Part shown: one piece after another, positions 14,101-27,099 of the stretch
Position numbering within the stretch: position 1 is the first letter of the stretch
How the letters are laid out: every line of letters begins with the position of its first letter
Notes under the pieces: model-generated
What the model saw: only the letters and a program-made list of their open reading frames with translations
What the model was told of the DNA's origin: nothing
Database searches by the model: none
Made by a program: the position numbers and the translations under genes
Assembly: GCF_963921235.1 (NCBI RefSeq)
Contig: NC_086097.1
Span: 96,474,001 to 96,538,000 of the forward strand
Source: Mobula hypostoma
Taxonomy: Eukaryota
Length of the DNA stretch: 64,000 nt
Direction of reading: 5' to 3'

Positions 14101-14240
14101 AAGTTCCTGAACATGGCTGGGCAAATTATTGGAGGATGGGTGATGGGAAAATAAGCTACAGAATGAAGAAAAATTGAATGAAAAATAAGAACATGTACAG
14201 ATTGGCTGTAAAAAACAATTATTGAATAGCATCCAATATA

Positions 14241-16596
14241 CAGTGCCTATAAAAAGTATTCACCTCCCTTGGAAGTTTTCATGTTTTATTGTTTTACAAC
14301 ATTGAATCACAGTGGATTTAAGTCGGCTTTTTTGACACTGATCAACAGAAAAAGACTCTTTCGTGTCAACGTGAAAGCAGATCTCTACAAAGTGATCTAA
14401 ATTAATTACAAATATAAAACACAATTTAATTGATTAGTAGTAGTAGTAGTAGTAGTAGTCATACTTTATTGGTCCCAGGGGAAATTGGTTTTCGTTACAG
14501 TCGCACTATAAATAATTAAATAGTAATAAAACCATAAATAATTAAATAGTAATTTGTAAATTATGCCAGGAAATAAGTCTAGGACCAGCCTATTGGCTCA
14601 GGGTGTCTGACCCTCCAAGGGAGGAGTTGTAAACTTTGATGGCCACAGGCAGGAATGACTTCCTATGACGCTCTGTGTTGCATCTCGGTGGAATGAGTCT
14701 CTGGCTGAATGTACTCCTGTGCCTAACCAGTACATTATGTAGTGGATGGGAGACATTGTCCAAGATGGCATGCAACTTGGACAGCATCCTCTTTTCAGAC
14801 ATCACCGTCAGAGAGTCCAGTTCCATCCCCACAACATCACTGGCCTTACGAATGAGTCTGTTGGTTCTGTTGGTGTCTGCTACCCTCAGCCTGCTGCCCC
14901 AGCACACAACAGCAAACATGATCGCACTGGCCACCACAGACTCGTAGAACATCCTCAGCATTGCATAAGTATTCACCCCCTTCAGAAAAGTATTTAGCAG
15001 ATGCACCTTTGGCAGCAATTACAGCCTTAAGTCTGCATGGATTGGTCTCCATCAGCTTTGCACATCTGGACACTACAATTTTTCCCCATTCTTCTTTATA
15101 AAACTGCTCAAGTTCTGTCAGATTGCTTGGGGTTCGTGAGTGAACAGCCCTTTTCAAATCCAGCCACAAATTCTCAGTTGGAGTGAGATCTGGACTCTGT
15201 CTTGGCCACTCCAGGACATTAACTTTGTTGTTTTTAAGCCATTCCTGTGTAGTTTTGGCTTTATGCTTGGGGTCATTGTCTTGCTGGAAATAAATCTTCT
15301 TCCAAATCGCAGTTCTCTTGCAGACTGTATCAGGTTTTCCTCCAGGATTTCCTTGTATTTTGCTGCATTCATTTTACCCTCTACCTTCACAAGCCTTCCA
15401 GGGCCTGCTGCAGTGAAGTATCCCCAGAGCATGATGCAGCCACCACCATACCTCATGATAGGGATAGTGTGTTTTTGATGATGTACTGTGTTTGGCATAC
15501 ACCAAACATGGTATTTAGTCCAGTGGTCAAAAAGCTCAATTTTGGTTTCATCAGACCAGCTGACTTCAGAGTCTTCCACATGCCTTCTGGCAAACACTAA
15601 CTGAGATTTCATGTGAGTTTTTTTTTTCCCCAACAGTGGCTTTCTCTTTGTCACTAGTAAAGCACCTGGGCAACCACCACCATGCTTCACAGTAGGAATG
15701 GTGTGCTTTTGATGACGTGCTGTCTTTAGCCCAATGGCAAAAAAGCTCAATTTGGTTTCATTAAACCATTAAGCCTTCTTCCAGCTGGCTTCAGTCTCCC
15801 ACATGCCTTCTGGCTAACTAGCCAAGATTTCATGTGAGTTTTTTTTTCAACAGTAGCTTTCTCTTTGCCATTGTCCCATAAAGCTGCAACTGGTGAGGCA
15901 CCCAGGCAACACTTATTGTATGTGCAGTCTCTCCCATCTTAACCACTGAAGCTTGTGACTCCTCCAGAGTTGTCATAGGTCTCTTGGTGGCCTCCTTCAC
16001 TAGTCTCTTTCTCACACGGTCACAGTTTTTGAGGATGGCCTGCCTTAGGCAGATTTACGGCTGTGCCATATTCTTTCCATTTCTTGATGATTCACTTAAC
16101 TGTACTCCAAGGGATATTCAGTGCCTTACAAATTTTCTTGTGCCCATCTCCTGATTTGTGCTATTCAATAACCTTTTTGCAGAGTTGCTTGGAGTGCTAT
16201 TTTGTCTTCATGGTGTAGCTTTTACCAGGCTACTGACTCACCAGTTGCTGGACCTTCCTGATACAGGTGTATTTTTACTAGAATCAATTGAAACACCTCG
16301 ACTCCACACAGGTCTCCAAAAACAGATCTCCATTTAACTAATTAAGTGACTTCAAAAACCAATTGGCTGCACCAGTGATGATGTGGTGTGTTATATTAAA
16401 GAAGTGTGAATACTTTCAATCAATTATTTTGTGTTTTATATTTGTAATTAAGATCATTTCGTAGAGACCTTTTTTTTCACTTTGACACAAAAGTCTTTTT
16501 CTGTTGATCAGTGTCAAAAGAGTCAAACTAAATCCACCGCGATTCAAAAACAATATGAAAACTTCCAAGGGGATGAATTTTTTTTTATAGGCACTG
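14241..16596 (-). mobile_element. Tc1-family DNA transposon with long IR/DR-type TIRs and degenerate transposase
   Basis: TA-flanked CAGTGCCTATAAAAA...TTTTTATAGGCACTG, ~200 bp TIRs; transposase remnants WSDETKIELF, HGGGCIMLWG, KMNAAKY.EILEENL, LKAVIAAKGASAKY. Confidence 0.92.
14436..14961 (-). mobile_element. Young 5'-truncated Rex1/Babar-like LINE 3' end inserted in the Tc1 TIR
   Basis: Open C-terminal frame MLRMFYESVVASAI...SHPLH...ERHRKSFLPVAIKVYNSS*; AATAAA and (ACT)n tail at 14436-14459. Confidence 0.85.
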
Positions 16597-17199
16597 TAGG
16601 TCCAATGAGAAATATCAGAGGTATCTATTTTTGATCTAATAGCATGCAGCTTAGGATTTACTTTGCTCCAGAACTGAGCCTCTTGGCACAGAACAAAATT
16701 TGACTGCAGAGGAAAGATCTGCATCTTAATTCTAGAAATAACCATAGAGTTACAGAGGGGAAACCACTGCACTTGCCAATGAAAACAATCATGATTAGCA
16801 ATGAACTTGGGGAATTAATGGGAAATGAATAAGCGATAGAGAGCAACCCCAAGTCTGCCAAGTAATTTTTAATTTTAAAACAAACTTGGAACTTGATAAG
16901 ATCATATCTCTTTCCCTTTAATATTGAACTTAAACAAACGAAATCAATCCAATTGAAGAACATGAGATGTTAGTCACATATTCATTTAAATTCACATCAA
17001 AACTGATTTAAACCAGATCAGTCCAAAATAAGAAAATGTACTACAAAAAGTATGTTATAATCATATCATGGAATGCAATAATGGCATACATATATAATAA
17101 GGTATAAAATCTCTATTGTTCCTTGTATCTTCACCAAAGCTATACCTATAGCTGAAGTAATAATACAGTACATGCAGAATTCTTTTTTTTTTGCTTTCA

Positions 17200-17430
17200 T
17201 TAACTCATCACAGCTCCAAGGATTCAGGTAGAATCCTGACTTCAGGTGTTGTGTGGGATTTACACACACTTCCTAAATTCGTGTGGGTTTCTTCAACATA
17301 ACGAATAGTTCCTGCAAGTTAACCCTTTATAGAGATAAATGACAAAAAATAAAGGGAACTAATGGCACACAAGGCAGAATAAACTATAGGCCTACAGGGA
17401 AAGAAGAGGAGGAGGATTGGGACTGACAGT
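17200..17430 (+). mobile_element. Degenerate V-SINE/HE1-like SINE
   Basis: cacagctccaag..ggt.gaatcctgac..tgtgtgggatttacaca..gtgtgggtttc resembles the V-domain. Confidence 0.45.
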
Positions 17431-18014
17431 AACTAAGTTTTAAGGAAAACTGAAACTAGTCCTTGAAGTAAAGCTCCACCATATACAAAATTAAATATAG
17501 AGTATATTATGAATATTCAAAATGAATACTTTTATTCTCTGATATGCACATGCCTATGAAGACAATTCAAAGGATGAAATCAACAGAAGAAGTGGTAGGA
17601 GTAGGCCACGAGCCAGTTTTGACATTCAATAATATCATGGCTCATCTGATCTTGGTTCTTGTTCCACTTTTCTATTTGTTCTCTGTAATCCTTACAGAGC
17701 AAAATCTATCTCAACTGTGAATAAATTCAAATACTCCAGCCTCCATTACTATCTGCAGAAACATTTCATAACTTCCTGAGAGTAGAAATTCCTCTTCATC
17801 TCTCAAATGGATTACATCTCCCTTCTGAAACTATATCCCCTTGTTCTAGACTGTCCAAGAAAGAAAACATCCTCAATGTCTGGATTGAAACAAAAGATAT
17901 AAAATACAACAAATAAATGCACGCAGACTTAGTTCTTAGGTCTGGATGGCAAATTAATATCATATTTAATGAATTGGGAAATGATAGAAAATGTTTCATA
18001 GCAAACAGTAAGCA

Positions 18015-19742
18015 ACTTTAAGTTCAAGTTTTTTGACATTCAGCTGTATATATGTACACAGTTAAAATGAAGCAAGTTCTTTTGAGATCAAGGTGCAAAA
18101 CACGACATATATCACATACAGCACATAAAAAATATGAACACAATAACATTAGCATGTAATAAAAATAATTCCGTAGATGTACAAGTTGACACAAGGTGCA
18201 CATATGACAGATAGTTAAATATACCACAGTATAATGTTACTGGTGCTGTCATAATAATGTGTACTGGGGGTAGTAGGGTGTTCAGAAGTCTTACAGCCTG
18301 GACGAAGAAGCCTTTACTCAGCTTAACAATTCTCATTCTTACACCGTGGTACCTTTTGCCGGATGGTAGCAAGTCAAAGAGACTGTGAGATGAAAGGGAA
18401 GCGTTCTTGACGATGTTGATGGCTCTGCAAATGCAACACTTTTAGTATATGTCCTGAAAGGGGTGGGGAGAGAACAGACCCCAATGATTCACTCAGCAGT
18501 TCTCACAATCTGTTACATGGATTTGCGATCACATGCCTTGCAGTTCCCATATGAGACAGTGAAACCGTTGGGCAGAACACTCTCGATGATATTCTCGAAT
18601 GTGGTTAGAATGGGGGCGGGGAGCCTCACTCACCTTAATCTTCTCAGGAAGTGGAGGCTGTGTTTTCTTGACTAAAGAGGAGGTGGTGTGATCCTCCTTG
18701 ATGTGTACTCCAAAAAACTTAGTGCTCTTAACTCTTTCCACAGAGCAGCCATTGACGTGTAGTAAGGAATGGAGAGTCTGCACCCTCCTCAAGTCCACAA
18801 TCATCTCTTTAGCCTTGCCCACGTTGAGACTCAAGTTGTTGTGTTCATATCAGTCCACAAAACACTCTACCTCTTCTCTAAATGCTGACTCATCTTTGTT
18901 ACTGATGAGGCGAACCACTGTTGTGTCATCAGTGAATTTAATGTGGTTAGAAATGGATCTATCACAAACAGGCAGTCCTGGGGGCTGGGGGCCAGTACTC
19001 ACTGTGATAGAATTAGAAATGTTGCTGTCAACATGAAATGTCTACGGAATCTCCATCCAAGATCTAGTTACGGAGGGAGGTATTGAGACTTTTTACCCAC
19101 TAGTTTCTGAGGAATGGCCATATTGAATAAAGAACTGGTCAATGAATAGCATTCAGATATAGGAGACACCATTCTCTAAATGGGACAGGCGTAAGTAGAA
19201 GGCAGAGGCAATCGTATCATTGGTGGACTGCTTTGGGCAAAATGCAAACTGGCAAGAGTCCAATGTAGTAGACTGGCTGCTCAAAGCACCTCATTATCAT
19301 TGAGGTCAGTGCCACTCAACAGTAGTCATTACGGCAGGTTACCATCAGCCTCTTGGGCACTGGGATGATGGTGGAGGTCTTGAAGACTGCAGGGACAATG
19401 AACTGTTTCAGAGAGACGTTAAAGATATCCGTGAGAATATCTGCTAGCAGGGCTGCACAGTCATTCAACACCTGACTAGGTCTGTTATCAGGCCCCACAG
19501 CTTTGTGTGGATTGACCCTGACGAGGGCTTCCTTGAATCAGCTGTGGCCAGAGATTCCTTGGGGGGTGGGGGGGCATCTTCCTCAACAGCACACTGTTCA
19601 GTGCATCAAACAGTGTATAGAAGACATTCAACCTATCAGGAAGAGAGGTATCACTGTCATTGAAGTGCACGGTGATGTTATAGTCTGTTATGGATTGAAT
19701 GCCCTGCCACATTCGCCAGCTGTATTTGGTATCACAGAAATG
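18015..19742 (-). mobile_element. Degenerate Rex1/Babar LINE
   Basis: WRMWQGIQSITDY, LTDIFNVSL..FKTSTIIPVPK, LNVGKAKEMIVDLRR, LPSGKRY; (AACTTG)n-like tail near 18015-18030. Confidence 0.85.
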
Positions 19743-20439
19743 GTTGTACATTTACAGGAGTATTACAAAAATATACATCTTCGTTCTAATTCTATATTGT
19801 TGATACTGAGGATTCAGTATCAGCTTTCAAAAGTTAAAATGCCTATCAACTCAGCTGAGCATCTGTTATCCTAGTTGTTAGTTGCAAGTGGTCATGTTTT
19901 CATGAAGCTGTGGCAAAACAAATTAGTGATGTATTCTCTCCTAAATTCAACTGGATATAATTAGAATACTAAGGAAATGAAATGAAGGAAAATTAAACTA
20001 ATTGAACCTTCTGTAATGTTAATCAACTTCATTTTTGATAAAATCACCATTCAAATTATCTACAATCAATAGCAGTATTCAATAAAAACTCAATACTTTA
20101 AACGTGCTCTCTACTTAACTATTGAAAACAATAACAATAAAAAGCATACACTGGATAGGACTCTGGATTTGACCGCATACCGTCAGTAGGGCACATTGTG
20201 AAATTCATGTACTATTGAAATTAAAACTGGGATAATACAATGCAATTGATAATAGGCAACTGTGTCTTAAGTGACATAACTACAAATTAGAGATTGGTCA
20301 TAGCCCGTAATTGAGCATTGAATGAGAGGAGGGGATTTCAATCAGGTCCACTATCCAAGTAGAAAAGGCAGCAACAAGTGGGTCGTTGCAGCGTAATAGA
20401 GCATTGACCAGTGACTAACCTGAGTTTGTGATTGATTAA

Positions 20440-23400
20440 CAAGAGTAAATTAAAGGCAGGCAGGGACAAGCGCAGCAATCACTGTTGCGTGGCCGTCGTC
20501 TAAGTGGACCGAGTCAGAGTGGTGACCGTGAGGCTTTAGCTCTTTGAGGGTTCAGTCAGGAAAGCAAAATAAAAGAAAAGCTCTAAGTTAGTTTTTTTTT
20601 CCATTCCTTTCTTTATATCTGAGCAGTTAAGACAGTAGAGATGCCAGGAAGGGTAGTGGAATGCTCCTCTTACAGGATGTGGGAAGGCAGGGGGACCTCC
20701 AATGTCCCTGACGACTACAACTGCGAGAAGTACATCCAGCTGCAGCATCTAACAATCTGGGTTAAGGAATTGAAGCTGGAACTGGATGAACTCTGATTCA
20801 TTTGGGAGGTTGAAGGGGGTGACAGATAGAACATATGGAGAGATAGTTATACCCAAGGTGCAGGACACAGAAAACTGGGTGACAATCAGGAAGGAGAAAG
20901 GAGTTAAGGAGCCTGTACAGAGTAAGTACCCCTGTGGCCATCCCCCTCAACATGTTTATTACCTTGGTTACTGTTGGAGGGATGACTTAACAGAAGCAAG
21001 TTACAGTGGTCAGTTCTCTGGCATTCAGTTTGCCTTGGACTCAGAAGGGAAGGAGTTAGAAGAAGCACACTGTGGTGATGGGGAATTTGTTAGGGGAATG
21101 GACAGGAGGTTCTGTGGGTGAGACAGAGATTCTCAAATGGTATGTTGCCTCCAGGGTGCCAAGGCCCAAGACATCTCTAATTGAGTCCTCAGCATTCTTA
21201 AGTGGAAGGGTGAACAGCCATGTAGGCACCAATGACATTGCTAGGATGAGTGACGAGGTTCTGCATAGGGAGCTTGGGGAGTTAGGTGCTAAGTAAAGGG
21301 CAGGACCTCCAGGGTTGTGACTTCAGGACTGCTACCCATGCCACGTGCTAGTGAGGCCAGACCTAGGAAGATTATAAAGTTTAATACATGGCTAAGGAGT
21401 TGGGGTAGGAGGGAGGACATAAGATTTTTGGATCATTGGGCTCACTTCCAGGGAAGGTGGGACTTGTACAGAAGGAATGGTTTGCACCTGAACTGGAGGG
21501 GGATTAATAACCTAGCAGGAAGGTTTACAAATGCTGCACGGTAGAGTTTAAACTAGAGTCGCAGGGGGATAGGAACCAGAGTGCCAGAACAGTTAATGGA
21601 GAGGTTGTGGAGGCAGATCCTGGTAAGATCTCAGACAAAGTTAGGAATCAAAAGGTTGAGAATAGTGCGACTAGTGTCCTGAGCTGCTGATATTTCAATG
21701 CAGGAAGTATCACAGGAAAAGCAAATGATAGTGCTGAGCATGGAAAGCTAGTTTATAAACTGAGGCAATGTGTACTGAGGAGAGGCTTTTGAAGAAGCAG
21801 AGTTGCAGTCAACTCAAGATGAATTGCAACGTAAAGGGCAGACAAAATTAAAAAGGGTGAATATAGGACTGAAGGTGTTATATTTGAATGTGCGCAGTAT
21901 ACAGAATAAGGTAACTGAACTTATACAGTAGCACAGTTACAGATTGGCATGCATAATGTTGTAGACATCACTGAATCATGGCTGAAAGAAGATTATAGCT
22001 GGGAGCTTAATATCCAAGGATACACATTCTATCGAAAGGACAGGCAGGAAATCAGAGGGGGTGGTGTTCCTCTGGTGGGAAAAAAAATAAAATCAAATCT
22101 GTTAGAAAGAGGTGACATAGGGTTGGAGGGTGTTGAACCATTGTGGATATAGCTAAGGAACTACAAGGGTAAAAAGATCCTGAAAGGAGTTATATACTGA
22201 CCACCAAACAGTAGAGTGGATGTGGACTATACATTACAACAGGAAATAGAAAATGTATGCCAAAAGGGCAATGTTACAATAGTCATGGGGGATTACAATA
22301 TGCGGGTAGATTGGGAAAATCAGGTTGGTGCTGGATTCCAAGAAGGGGAATTTCTAGAATACCTATGAGATGGTTTTTTAGAGTAACTCGTGGTTGAGCC
22401 CATGAGGGAATCAGCTATTCTGGATTGGATGTTGTGCAATGAACCAGAACTGATCAGAGAAAGCTTAAGATAAAAGAATCCTAAGGGGAAGTGATCATAG
22501 TATGATTGTATTCACCCTGAAATTTGAGAAGAAGCTATCTCCCAAAGAGGAAGAAGTATTCTAAGGACAAAATGACACAACTCTGGCTAACAAGTGAAGT
22601 CAAAGCCAAGAAAAAAGCCAAAGAGAGGGCGTATAATAGAGCAAAAGTTAGTGGTAAGTTAGAGGATTGGGAAGCTTTTATAAACCAACAGAAGGCAACT
22701 AAAAAAGTAATTAAGGTAAAAATGGAATACGAAAGTAAGCTAGTTAATGATATTAAAAAGGATACCAAAAGTTTCTTCAGATACATAAAGTGTAAAGGAG
22801 AGGTGAGAGGGGATATCAGACCGCTGGAAAACTATGCTGGAGAAGTAGTAATGGGGGACAAAGAAATGGTGGATGAACTGAATAAGGATTTTGCATGTCT
22901 TCACAGTGGAAGACCCGAGCAATATAGCGGAAGTTCTAGGTATCAGTTGTCATGAAGTGTGTGAAGATACCATTTCTAGAGAGAAGGTTCTTGGGAAACT
23001 GAGAGGTCTGAAGGTAGATAAGTCATGTGGACGAGATGGTGTACACCCCAGGGTTCTGAAAGAAGTGGTTGAAGAGATTGTGGAGATATTTGTAATCATC
23101 TTTCAAGAATCACTAGATTCTGGAATGTTTCCAGTAGATTGGAAAATTGCAAAAGTCACTCCATTCTTCAAGAAGGGAGAGAGGCAGAAGAAAGGCAACT
23201 GTAGGCAAGTTAGTCTGATCTCAGCAGTTGGGAAGATGTTGGAGTTGATTATTAAAGATGAGGTCTCAGGGTACTTGGAGGCACATGATAAAATAGGCCA
23301 TAATCAGCATGGTTTCCTCCAAGGAAAATCCTGTCTGACAAATCTGTTATGACTTCTTTGAAGAAATAACAAGCAGGATAGACAATGGAGAATCGGTTAG

Positions 23401-24540
23401 TGTGTACTTGGATTTTCAGAAGACCTTTGATAAGTTACCACACGAGGCTGTGAGCCCATGAAATTACAGGAAAAATTCTAGCATGGATAAAGTAGTGGCT
23501 GATTGGCAGATGCCAAAGAGTGGGAATAAAGGGAGCCTTTTCTGGTTGGCTGCCCATGACCAGCAGTATTATATGTCAATGATTTGGATGATGGATTGAT
23601 TGTTTTGTTGCAAAGTTTGCAGATGATATGAAGATAGGAGGAGGGGAAGGCAGTTTTGAGGAAGTACAGAGGCTACAGTAGGACTTAGAATAGGAGAATG
23701 GACAGAGAAGTGGCAGATGGAATACGGTGTTGGATATTGCATGGTCATGAAATTTATAGAAGTAATGAAAGGGTGGATTATTTTCTAAATGGAAATCAAG
23801 TACAAAAACTGAGGTGCAAAGGGACTTGGGAGTCCTTGTGCAGGATTCCTGAAAGGTTAATTTGCAGGTTGAGTCTGTGGTGAGGAAGGCAAATGCTATG
23901 TTAGCATTCATTTCAAGAGGACTAGAATACAATGCAAGATGTAATGTTAAGACTTTATGAAGCACTGGTGAGGCCTCACATGGAGTATTGTGAACAATTT
24001 TGGGCCCCGTATCTTAGGGATGTGCTGAAATTGGGGAGGGTACAAAGGAGATTCACAAAGATGATTCCAGGATTGAATGGATTGTCATATGAAGAGTGTT
24101 TGATGGCTCTGGGCCTGTATTCACTAGAATTCTGAAGAATGAGGGGTGGCCTAATTAAAACCTATCGAATGGTGAAAGGCCTTGATTGAGTGGAGATGGA
24201 GAAGATGTTTTCTATAGTGGGAGAGTCTAAGATCAGAAGACACAGCCTCAGAATAGAGGGGCATCCTTTTCGAACAGAGATGAGAAGGAATTTCTTTGGG
24301 CAGAGAGTAGTGAATCTGTGGAATTCTTTGCCACAGGCAGCTGGGAGGTCAAATTTTTGTGTATATTTAAGACAGAGGCTGATAGATTCTTAACTGGTCA
24401 AGGCATGAAGGAATAAAGGGAGAAGGCAGGAGATTGGGGCTAAGAGGAAAATTGAATCAACCATGATGGAATGGTGGAGAAGACTTAATGGGCCAAATGG
24501 CTCAAATCCACTCCTATATCTTACGGTCTTGTGGTCTAAA
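20440..24540 (+). mobile_element. Near full-length degenerate CR1 LINE (ORF1 Zn finger + SGNH esterase; ORF2 APE-RT)
   Basis: ORF1 remnants VECSS.RMWE, HVGTND, NGLHLNWRG; ORF2 ITESWL, DGVHPRVLKE, WKIAKVTP.FKKG, LVRPHMEYC.QFWAP; tail CCTATATCTTACGGTCTTGTGGTCT. Confidence 0.9.
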
Positions 24541-24611
24541 CCTGGCATAAGGACACAAGTAACTCTGCGGCCCCTCAGATCAGCACTATATTCAATAAAA
24601 TTTCAAGGTTG

Positions 24612-25640
24612 TAGACAGGTCATTTTCTGCATGGAGGTCGGTGACCAGTGGTGTGCCTCAGGGATCTGTTCTGGGACCCTTACGCTTCGTGATTTTTATA
24701 AATGAACTGGATGAGGAAGTAGAGGGATGGATTAATAAATTTGCTGATGACACAAAGGTTTGAGGTGTTGTGGATAGTGTGGAGGGCTGTCAGAGGTTAC
24801 AGCGGAACATTGATAGGATGCAAAACTGGGCTGAGAAGTGGCAAATGGAGTTCAACCCAGCTAAGTGTGAAGTGGTTCATTTTGGTAGGTCAATTAAGAT
24901 GGCAGAATATAGTATTAATGGTAAGACTCTTGGCAGTGTGAAGGATCAGAGGGATCTTGGGGTCCGAGTCCATAGGATGCTCAAAACAGCTGCGCAGGTT
25001 GACTCTGTGGTTAAGAAGGCATACGGTGTATTGGCCTTCGTCAATCGTGGAATTGAATTTAGGAGCTGAGAGGTAATGTTGCAGCTATATAGGACCCTGG
25101 TCAGACACCACTTGGAGTACTGTGCTCACTTCTGGCCACCTCACTACAGGAAGGATGTGGAAGAATAGAAAGGGTGCAGAGGAGATTTACAAGGATGTTG
25201 CCTGGATTGGGGAGCATGCCTTATGAAAACAGGTTGAGTGAACTCCTCCTTTTCTCCTTGGAGTGACGGAGGATGAGAAGTGACCTGAAAGAGGTGTATA
25301 AGATGATGAGAGGCATTGATCGTGTGGATAGTCAGAGGCTTTTTCCCAGGGCTGAAATGGTTGCCACAAGAGGACATAGGTTTAAGATGCTGGGGAGTAG
25401 GTACAGAGGAGATGTCAGGGGTAAGAGAGTGGTAAGTGTGTGGAATGGGCTACTGGCAATGGTGGTGGAGGCGGATACGATAGGGTCTTTTAAGAGACTT
25501 TTGGGTAGGTACATGGAGCTTAGGAAAATAGAGGGCTATGGGTAAGCCTAATAATTTCTAAGGTAGGGACATGTTCAGCACAACCTTGTGGGCCAAAGGG
25601 CCTGTATTGTGCTGTAGATTTTCTATATTTCTATGTTCCT
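24612..25640 (+). mobile_element. 5'-truncated CR1 LINE (second subfamily)
   Basis: KFADDTK, WAEKWQMEFNPAKCEV, RDLGV, TRGHRFK; (TTCTATG)n-type tail. Confidence 0.9.
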
Positions 25641-25848
25641 AACTGATCCTATACCTCATCACTTTCCTATCTGCTGGTCTTTCCTACAAAAGATTCTAAA
25701 AACCTGAACAACTGAAAAGCTGCAGTCTCTACAGAACTTGTAATATTTACATTCCATTGAATTAAGATTTTTTTTGAATCCTAATATTCTATTCTGATTT
25801 ACATGCAGTGAATATTCCTGTTTCCAGTATGGAGAGTTTTGTACATAC

Positions 25849-25909
25849 CACTTGTGGCATTCTGCACTTGAATCATCTAGCTGAAGACCAGATTTTGCTG
25901 CTTCTTTTC
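25849..25909 (-). CDS. RMDN2: RMDN-family coding exon
   Basis: ttttcatccAG|GA...TG|GTATGT; 61 nt, GKEAAKSGLQLDDSSAECHKW, matching RMDN3 [21 protein letters not shown]; phase-1 start fits the previous exon. Confidence 0.9.
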
Positions 25910-26249
25910 CTGGATGAAAAATAACAAGACAGACATTTATCAGATGGAAAGTGAGCACTCCACAAGCTGAATTCATCATTGCTAAATTCCTTGAATTCGA
26001 CAAATTTCAGGGCTACATCCAAAAGTGAATCATTCATACAAATAACAATTTGACATAAATTATGAATTTTCAATACAAAAATCTAAATCTGTTTCAGTAA
26101 GATTGAACATTATATTAAAATAATGTTCTCAAAGAGTTGAAAAGCAATCTCATATTGTTCTTAAAAGTGTGAAATTTTAAATTAATCAACCCAAGATTCC
26201 CTCACAACTGACAACAGCGAAGGTGGGATTTAATAGGATTTTCTTCAAA

Positions 26250-27088
26250 CCTGCTGTGTACATACATCTATTGATGCTTCTGGACACATCTTCAGTGATG
26301 TTCCTGGAATCATTGGGTGTTTTGAGTCTTTCAACATCATACAACCTCCTCCAGGTGACCCAGCCGGGGCTGATCAGACCACAGCTTGTGTCCAGACGGC
26401 TAGCTAATTATGACTCCATGGCTCCCCTCTTTTGAGCCACAGCCATCTTGAGGCCCTCTCTGCCGCATCGGTGGTACTGCGGATGGCTCTCCTCTTCCTC
26501 TCTCCCTCGATGCCCAAAATGCTGAAGGCCCTAACTAAAGAACGGGCTATGAATCCCCTACAACCAACCTCCACTGGGAGACACCTCGCTCTCCATTCAG
26601 CCTGCTGACAGTTGCTGACCAGTCCTGCGTACTTGGAGAGCTTCCTTTCAAAGGCCTCCTCCAAGCTATCTTCCCATGGGACTGTCAGCTCCAGCAGCAG
26701 CACTTGCTTAGTAGACTCAGACACTAGGACAATGTCTGGTCGCAAGGTGGTGGCTGCGATATGGTTGGGGAACTTCAGCTGCCCTTCGAGGTCCACCAAC
26801 AGCTGCTAGTCCCTTGCAGAAGTCAGAATGCCTGCAGATGTTCTTTTGGCAGGTATTGGCTGCTCCCCAGCTCTGACAAAGGCAATGGTCTGCTTGGAGG
26901 GTCGGGATCGCTTCGCCCACTCAACTCCTGCACTAACGGCTTCAGCGACGGTCTTCAGGACCTGATCATGCCTCCACCTGTACCGTCCCTCACCAAGTGC
27001 CCTTGCACAGCCACTGAGGATGTGCTCCAGAGTTCCTCGCTTGGAGCACAGTGGGCACGCAGATGACTCTGCCGTGCCCCATGTGTGA
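26250..27088 (-). mobile_element. 5'-truncated Hero-clade non-LTR retrotransposon (CCHC knuckle + restriction-like endonuclease)
   Basis: CPLCSKRGTLEHILSGC..GRYRWRHDQVL then LRPDIV..ELTVPWE..ERKLSKY..PVEVGCRGF; one in-frame stop. Confidence 0.85.
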
Positions 27089-27099
27089 AATTTACTAAA

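Noticed and set aside
14590..15018. 142-aa ORF as a gene
   Set aside because: Chance read-through from Tc1 sequence into an inserted LINE C-terminus.
25659..26003. 114-aa ORF as a standalone gene
   Set aside because: Only 25849-25909 is RMDN-like and bounded by splice sites; the rest is intron.
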